Below are positions 58,749 through 64,000 of a DNA stretch of 64,000 nucleotides, piece by piece (positions within the stretch are counted from its first letter, which is position 1; each line of letters opens with the position of its first letter). The notes below the pieces were generated by a model. That model saw only the letters and a list, made by a program, of their open reading frames with translations, searched no databases and had not been told where the DNA came from. A program made the position numbers and the translations under genes. Source of the DNA: an uncultured Oscillospiraceae bacterium. Lineage in GTDB: Bacteria > Bacillota > Clostridia > Oscillospirales > Acutalibacteraceae. The DNA lies in the NCBI GenBank assembly GCA_902472305.1, contig CABRNK010000004.1, forward strand, positions 15,395 through 79,394. Reading direction: 5' to 3'.

Positions 58749-61001
58749 ATGAAATTAAAACGCTTGCGGGGGCTGACACAGAGGTACAGCTTCTTTTTCT
58801 TCATCTTCCTGTCGTATCTTTCGGTGCTGCTCTTTTCCGTTTTGTTCAGCGCCTACAACTACGGCGCTTATCTCGGCGACCTTCGGGAGCAGAAGGCGAT
58901 GTACGACGAGGTCATGCTGCAGCAGCTGGACGAGATGATCGGCGCGGAGCTCGACAAAGCGAACGCGCAGCTCGTCAATGTTTTGATGGATACGGACATT
59001 ATGAAGGCGGTGGCCGCGGAGGACCTCGTCTCCGGCAGCAGGCTTTCGCAGACGCTCCGCGCGGCAAACCAGATGCGCAGCTACAGCAAGGCGGTCTCCG
59101 GCATGTACATCTATTTTGAAAACGGCGACGCGATCATCATGGACGGCGCGTATTACCGCCCCGAGGATTTCTACGCCCGGTTCATCGACGGAGAGGCGAT
59201 CGGCTTTGAGGCTTGGTATGCGCAGCAGACGGCGCAGCACGACCGCGCCTGCCGGCAGGCATTCACGTCCACCCCAAACGAGCTCGTTTTGTATCACACC
59301 GTCATGAGCGCCGGGGCGGGGCGGCGGGCGCTGGTTGCGATTCGGATTGATCTGGAAAATATCCTGCGCATTTTCAAGGACTCCTTTTTCTCCGGGCAGA
59401 TGGCGTTTCAGATCACAGACGGCAGCGGGGCGGTGCTGGCGGATTACGGCTGGCAGGCCCTGCCCGACGGCGAAAGCGAGCGCACCGCGCCGTTTGTCTC
59501 GAGGCGCACGGGCTGGACATATGCCTCCGCGATACCGTCCGCGGTGTACAACCGCGCGGCAAACGAGCTGCTGCTCCGCTCTGCGGCCGTCCTGCTGGTC
59601 GAGCTGGCGGCCGGCGTTCTGCTCTCGTTTTTCTTCGCGCGCACCAACATCGCGCCGATCCGCCGCATTTATAAGCGCCTGAGCGGCGGGGGTACCCGGC
59701 CGGGGGCGGTGAAAAACGAGTACGAGCTGGTAGATTCCTGCATGAAAACGCTGCTCGAGGAGAAGGAGCAGCTTCTCAGGCAGCACGACCGCGCGGTCAA
59801 AAACAACCTGCTCTTGGAGCTTCTCAACGGCGGCGCCGGCCGGGCAGGGGCTTCCGCCGACTATGCGGAGGTGCTCGGCGCCGACCCCGAGGCGGCGCGC
59901 TTTCGGGTTGCCAGCATCGCCTTTTCGCACGGGGATGCGGCACGGGCCGGCAGCCTCGAGAGCCGCTCGCTGATGAAATACTGCCTGACTGAGCTGCTCG
60001 GCAAGGCGTTTCAGACGTATCGCCTGCATATTGCGGATGTAAACTGGAACCAAACGGCGGTGATCCTGCACGGCGGCCTCGAGGACGGCGCGGAGCTGAT
60101 CTGCCGGCGTATGGAGCAGGTTCGGCAGGCGGCGGAGGCGGAATTTCATGTTTCGCTTAGCATCGGCGTCGGCGGCGTTCACCGCGCGGCGGCGGGCGCG
60201 GGCCTCTCCTACCGCGAGAGCCTCATGGCGCAGGAGTACAGGCTGCTTGAGGGTCTCGGCGCGGTGTGCCTGTACCGGGATATTCCGGACGGCGCGTTTC
60301 CGAAATCTTTCTATCCCGCGCTCGACAGGGCGAAGATCAAGGCCAGAATCCGCGCGGGGGACGGCCCGGGCACGGCGGAGCTGCTGGACAAGGTGTTTGC
60401 CGGCATCGCCGCCAACCGGCAGCACATGCCGCTCGGCGCGGCGAAGTGCCTGTTTTTCGAGATCATGGGCGTGGGGCTCGAGGTGCTGGCGGAGATCCGG
60501 TTCGAGCATGAAACCGCACCGGGCGAGTACATGCGGCAGTTGTTCGACTGCCAGACGATCGGCCAGCTGCAGTGCGCGCTGAACCGCATCCTGCTTGAGA
60601 TCTGCGGCGCCATCAAAAAGGGGCAGAGCAGCCGCAACCAGCAGATTTTAGACCGCATCCACGCGTATATCGGCAGAAACTGCTACGACAACAGCTTCAG
60701 CCTCGTCGGCCTCGCGGATTATATGGGGCTGACGCCCACCTATCTCTCCAGCTTCTTTAAGGAGAAAACCGGCGTGAATCTGGTAGACCGCATCACGGAG
60801 CTGCGCATGGCGCGGGCAAAGGCGATGCTGCTCGAGACGAACCGGAACGTGGCGGAAATCGCGGTTCAGGTTGGGTACGGGAGCAGCGGGACGTTCATCC
60901 GCAAGTTCAAGCAGCTCGAGGGCATCACGCCGGTGCAGTATCGGCAGGAGCATGCGGGGGAGCCCGGGAGCGCGGGCCTGCTCGAAGGCCGCAACGCCTA
61001 A
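58749..61001 (+). CDS. membrane-anchored AraC-family regulator (YtdP-like, about 750 aa)
   Basis: GGGAGG RBS, ATG MKLKRLRG; N-terminal TM helix; large sensor region; second TM; C-terminal AraC HTH ...YGSSGTFIRKFKQLEGITPVQYRQ. Divergent from the ABC operon, as in B. subtilis ytcQP-yteP/ytdP. Confidence 0.75.
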   Translation: MKLKRLRGLTQRYSFFFFIFLSYLSVLLFSVLFSAYNYGAYLGDLREQKAMYDEVMLQQLDEMIGAELDKANAQLVNVLMDTDIMKAVAAEDLVSGSRLSQTLRAANQMRSYSKAVSGMYIYFENGDAIIMDGAYYRPEDFYARFIDGEAIGFEAWYAQQTAQHDRACRQAFTSTPNELVLYHTVMSAGAGRRALVAIRIDLENILRIFKDSFFSGQMAFQITDGSGAVLADYGWQALPDGESERTAPFVSRRTGWTYASAIPSAVYNRAANELLLRSAAVLLVELAAGVLLSFFFARTNIAPIRRIYKRLSGGGTRPGAVKNEYELVDSCMKTLLEEKEQLLRQHDRAVKNNLLLELLNGGAGRAGASADYAEVLGADPEAARFRVASIAFSHGDAARAGSLESRSLMKYCLTELLGKAFQTYRLHIADVNWNQTAVILHGGLEDGAELICRRMEQVRQAAEAEFHVSLSIGVGGVHRAAAGAGLSYRESLMAQEYRLLEGLGAVCLYRDIPDGAFPKSFYPALDRAKIKARIRAGDGPGTAELLDKVFAGIAANRQHMPLGAAKCLFFEIMGVGLEVLAEIRFEHETAPGEYMRQLFDCQTIGQLQCALNRILLEICGAIKKGQSSRNQQILDRIHAYIGRNCYDNSFSLVGLADYMGLTPTYLSSFFKEKTGVNLVDRITELRMARAKAMLLETNRNVAEIAVQVGYGSSGTFIRKFKQLEGITPVQYRQEHAGEPGSAGLLEGRNA

Positions 61002-61048
61002 AAAAGTACGGCCCGCTGTGGTGCAGCACAGCGGGCCGTTTTGCGGGA

Positions 61049-62560
61049 TCAGCCGATGGCGCCGTCCCAAGTATTCACTTTTTCGTGGTTTGAGGCCTCG
61101 TCGAACCACGTGGAAGTGACGACCTTGGTCTCTGTGAAGAAGCGCAGTCCATCCTTGCCGAGCGTGTGCAGATCCCCGAAGAAGGACTGCTTGTGCCCGG
61201 AGAAGGGGAACAGCCCGACAGGGACGGGGATGCCGACATTGACGCCCACCATGCCGCCGTCGATCTGCCGGGCGAAGTGCCGGGCATAATAGCCGCTCTG
61301 CGTGTAGATGACGGCGCCGTTGGCGTATGGGTTCCGGTTGATGAGCGCCACGCCCTCCTCAAAGGTTTTCACCCGCTTGATGCAGAGCACCGGGCCGAAG
61401 ATCTCCCGTTGCCCGACGGTCATTTCCTCGGTCACGCGGTCGAAAATGGTGGGGCCGATGTAAAAGCCGTTCTCAAAGCCCGGCACCCGGATATCGCGGC
61501 CGTCCAGAACGAGCTTTGCGCCCTCCTGCACGCCGGTTTCGATCCAGCGCAGGACGGATTCCATGTGCTTTTTCGTCACAACCGGACCCATCTGCGCGCT
61601 TTCGTCGTAGGCGCAGCCGACCTTGAGCCGCCCGGCAAGCACCCGGAGCCGTTCGACGAGCCGGTCGGCAATGTCCTCCTGCGCGACCACGACGGGCAGC
61701 GCCATGCAGCGCTCGCCGGCGCACCCGAAGGCCGAATTGATGATGCCCTTTGCGGTTCGCTCCAGCACCGCGTCGTCCATGACAAGCGCGTGGTTTTTGG
61801 CCTCGCACAGGGCCTGCACGCGCTTTCCGTTTGCCGCCGCAGCAGCGTAGATCTTCAGCCCGGCGCCCGTGGTTCCGACGAAGCAGACGCCCTTGATGCG
61901 GCTGTCGGTCAGAAGCAGCTGCGCGGTGCCGCGGTCTGCGGTAATCACGCTCACAACGCCCTGCGGCAGCCCGGCTTCCTCCAAAAGCTCGAGCAGGCGC
62001 ATGGCGGTCATGGGCGTTGTGCTCGAGGCCTTGACCACGATGGTGTTGCCCGCCGCGATGCAGAGCGGCACCATCCAGCCCATGGGGATCATCGCGGGAA
62101 AATTGAAGGGGGCGATTCCGGCGAATACGCCGACCGGCTCGCGGTAAAGCACGGTATCGTAGCCGCGGCTCGCATCCATCAGGCTTTCGCCCATCAGGAG
62201 AGACGGCGCGCCGCAGGCAAGCTCCAGCGGTTCCTTCACCTTGAGCAGGTCGCCGCGGGCCTCCTCCAGCGTCTTTCCGTTTTCCCGGGCGAGAAGGCGG
62301 GCCAGCTCGTCCATGTGCTCGAGAATCAGCGTGCGGAAGCGGTACAGCACCTGCGTCCGCTTGAGCGCCGGCGTGCGTGACCACGGGCCGAACGCCTCGG
62401 CGGCCTGCGCGATCACGTCCTCGAGCTCCGCGGCGCAGATGGCGGGCGCCTGCGCGATGCACGCGCCGGTGCTCGGGTCCACGACCTCCATCCAGCGGTC
62501 TGTGGCGGACTGCCGCCAGCCGCCACGCCCGTAATAGGGCAGCTTTCTGATTTCCTGCAT
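61049..62560 (-). CDS. CoA-acylating methylmalonate/malonate-semialdehyde dehydrogenase (MmsA/IolA-type)
   Basis: GAGGGAGG RBS then ATG MQEIRKLPYYGRGGW... aldehyde dehydrogenase fold, 503 aa. Family assignment by recognition. Confidence 0.7.
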   Translation of the reverse strand: MQEIRKLPYYGRGGWRQSATDRWMEVVDPSTGACIAQAPAICAAELEDVIAQAAEAFGPWSRTPALKRTQVLYRFRTLILEHMDELARLLARENGKTLEEARGDLLKVKEPLELACGAPSLLMGESLMDASRGYDTVLYREPVGVFAGIAPFNFPAMIPMGWMVPLCIAAGNTIVVKASSTTPMTAMRLLELLEEAGLPQGVVSVITADRGTAQLLLTDSRIKGVCFVGTTGAGLKIYAAAAANGKRVQALCEAKNHALVMDDAVLERTAKGIINSAFGCAGERCMALPVVVAQEDIADRLVERLRVLAGRLKVGCAYDESAQMGPVVTKKHMESVLRWIETGVQEGAKLVLDGRDIRVPGFENGFYIGPTIFDRVTEEMTVGQREIFGPVLCIKRVKTFEEGVALINRNPYANGAVIYTQSGYYARHFARQIDGGMVGVNVGIPVPVGLFPFSGHKQSFFGDLHTLGKDGLRFFTETKVVTSTWFDEASNHEKVNTWDGAIG

Positions 62561-62582
62561 TTTAAATTCCTCCCTCACTGTG

Positions 62583-64000
62583 TTAGGCGAAGCCGTGCTC
62601 CACGCGCTTCAGATGGATTTCCTGAGACGCCCTGCTGAGCAGGACATAGTAGGCGGACCAGCCGCCCATGCGCACCCGCAGGCCGCGGTACTGCTCCGGG
62701 TCGGCCATGGCCCGGCGCAGCTCCTCGGCGCTCGTGACGGTCAGCGTCATCATATTGCCGCCCTCTCGGAGAAACGCGCGGATCAGCCCTGCGATGCGTT
62801 GCGTGCCGGCTTCTCCCTCGAGCCCGCTCCGGCTGACGCGCAGGTCGATCGGCGCGCCGGCCGCCATCGGGGCGGTGTTCAGCTTTAAATACGAGCGGAT
62901 GGCGGCTGTTGGCCCGGAAATATCGCGGCCGGGCACGGGGGAGAGGTTTGCGGCGATCGGCTCCCGCGCGCGCCGCCCGTCGGCCGAGGCGCCGAGCTTT
63001 TTGCCGATGGAGATGATCCAAGAATAGGTGCCGATGCAGGGCGAGAAAAGGATCTCCGGGTATTTCTGCGCGTGAAAGTGCGCGCGCTCGAGAAAGTAAT
63101 CGATCATCTCCGCGGCAATGCCGTCCACGGCATCGTCGTCGTTTCCGAATTTCGGCGCGCCGCCGATGCACTGCAGGCGCAGGCTTTCGCCCTCCTCGCC
63201 GGCCCAGTCGCTCTTTAGGATTTCGACGAAGCGCGGCAGGGTCAGCCGCTTTTCCGTGTAGACGAATTTCCGTATCGCGGCCATGGCGTCCGCCGCGTTG
63301 GCCACGGCCTCGCCCATCAGGTGCCAAAGGGTGTATTTTGCGCCGCCGTGCGTAAGGTCGGTCAGGTTCTTCACGCAGTCCTGCGTCAGGGCCGAAAGCA
63401 GCGGCTTTGCGTCGAGCGGCCCGTGCGAGCCGTTTTTCAGGATTTCCCGGTACACGTGCTCCATCGCCTTGCTCAAAATACCGTCGAGCTGTATTTTCCA
63501 CGCGCGCATCAGGCTTTCAAAGGTGGAAAATTCAGAGACGCAGCCGGTGTCCACACCCTCTGCGATGTCGTAGGAGACGCAGCAGCTCGCGCCGAAGGTC
63601 ATGGGGTCGTCCCGGTTCGGCTTCTGCTGCTTTTTCAGATCCTCTCCGTACAGGAAGGGCTGGCCGCGGTTGAGCGCAAGCTCCAGAAAATAGAGGAAGT
63701 TCAGCCCGCGGATCATCTCTTGGTTGGACATCCCCTGCAGCAGCGTTTCCCAGCAGTTGGAGTTCGCGTACCGGCAGCCGTCCGCCCGCGGCACGCCGAG
63801 CCGCTCGTAGCCGCCGATGATGACGTCGTCGTTGTTGATGTACGGCATGCCGCCGCCCGTCTTGAGCACCTCGGCGGCGCGGTGCAGAAGCGTGTCCGGC
63901 GTGTTTTTGTGCATGCGCACGGTCAGCACGGGGCTTGTCATCGAAAATTTTTCGTGCGCGTTCAGGAAAAGATAGGTCAGCGCATTGGTCGCGTCCGAGC
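62583..64000 (-). CDS. glycyl radical enzyme (PFL-like), C-terminal 450+ aa; gene continues past window end
   Basis: Frame is open to the window edge (..LNAHEKFSMTSPVLTVR..). Glycyl radical loop LRVRMGGWSAYYV near the C-terminus. Stop about 20 nt before the MmsA start. Confidence 0.7.
   Translation of the reverse strand, partial: SDATNALTYLFLNAHEKFSMTSPVLTVRMHKNTPDTLLHRAAEVLKTGGGMPYINNDDVIIGGYERLGVPRADGCRYANSNCWETLLQGMSNQEMIRGLNFLYFLELALNRGQPFLYGEDLKKQQKPNRDDPMTFGASCCVSYDIAEGVDTGCVSEFSTFESLMRAWKIQLDGILSKAMEHVYREILKNGSHGPLDAKPLLSALTQDCVKNLTDLTHGGAKYTLWHLMGEAVANAADAMAAIRKFVYTEKRLTLPRFVEILKSDWAGEEGESLRLQCIGGAPKFGNDDDAVDGIAAEMIDYFLERAHFHAQKYPEILFSPCIGTYSWIISIGKKLGASADGRRAREPIAANLSPVPGRDISGPTAAIRSYLKLNTAPMAAGAPIDLRVSRSGLEGEAGTQRIAGLIRAFLREGGNMMTLTVTSAEELRRAMADPEQYRGLRVRMGGWSAYYVLLSRASQEIHLKRVEHGFA

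Noticed and set aside
58755-60509. 584-aa minus ORF
   Set aside because: Antisense of the YtdP-like AraC regulator gene.
1-64000. CRISPR arrays, rRNA genes, intact transposases/IS elements, intact prophage
   Set aside because: No regularly spaced short repeats, no rRNA-like sequence, and no intact transposase or integrase reading frame were seen. The only mobility genes are decayed (serine recombinase, methylase fragments).

Overview
This window looks like a high-GC chromosome segment from a spore-forming Clostridia-type Firmicute (SpoVT present, Gram-positive lipoprotein SBPs; ordinary genes are visibly GC-rich, around two thirds GC by eye). It is dominated by carbohydrate uptake and catabolism: five CUT1-type sugar ABC transporters (SBP plus two permeases, LplABC/YtcQP-YteP-like), LacI regulators, a YesM/YesN-type two-component system, a YtdP-like membrane AraC regulator and two ThuA plus Gfo/Idh/MocA (ThuAB-like) modules.

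Notable points:
- **10390-16545:** a five-gene operon (FucI/AraA-like isomerase, split transketolase N and C subunits, FGGY kinase, GH140-like hydrolase). This matches the logic of the published D-apiose transketolase pathway plus an apiosidase. It sits next to an oligosaccharide ABC transporter bracketed by two paralogous 487-aa alpha/beta-hydrolase-like proteins of unknown function.
- **about 16.5-34.2 kb:** a visibly lower-GC block ending at a tRNA-His/Arg/Gly cluster. It carries mobile-element debris (frameshifted large serine recombinase, frameshifted sigma-70 region-4-like HTH gene, ICE-type DNA methylase fragments, decayed SBP/permease/AraC fragments) around an intact second ThuAB-type transporter locus with its own two-component system, MFS and hydrolase.
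- **38072-39304:** a 1.2 kb AT-rich insertion flanked by about 164 bp direct repeats, abutting the 3' end of tRNA-Gln. It carries a translationally coupled pair: a 213-aa protein with Phage Mu F / SPP1 gp7-like motifs and an unknown C-terminal domain, followed by an 82-aa acidic protein. This is a candidate orphan MuF-type polymorphic toxin-immunity module.

Other items: tandem zinc-ribbon/TM mini-protein paralogs, an EF-G paralog, SpoVT, a NitT/TauT-type ABC transporter with a Crp/Fnr regulator, and a glycyl radical enzyme (partial, runs off the window end) in an operon with a CoA-acylating methylmalonate/malonate semialdehyde dehydrogenase.

Many long ORFs in the supplied track are antisense shadows of GC-rich genes and were not called.
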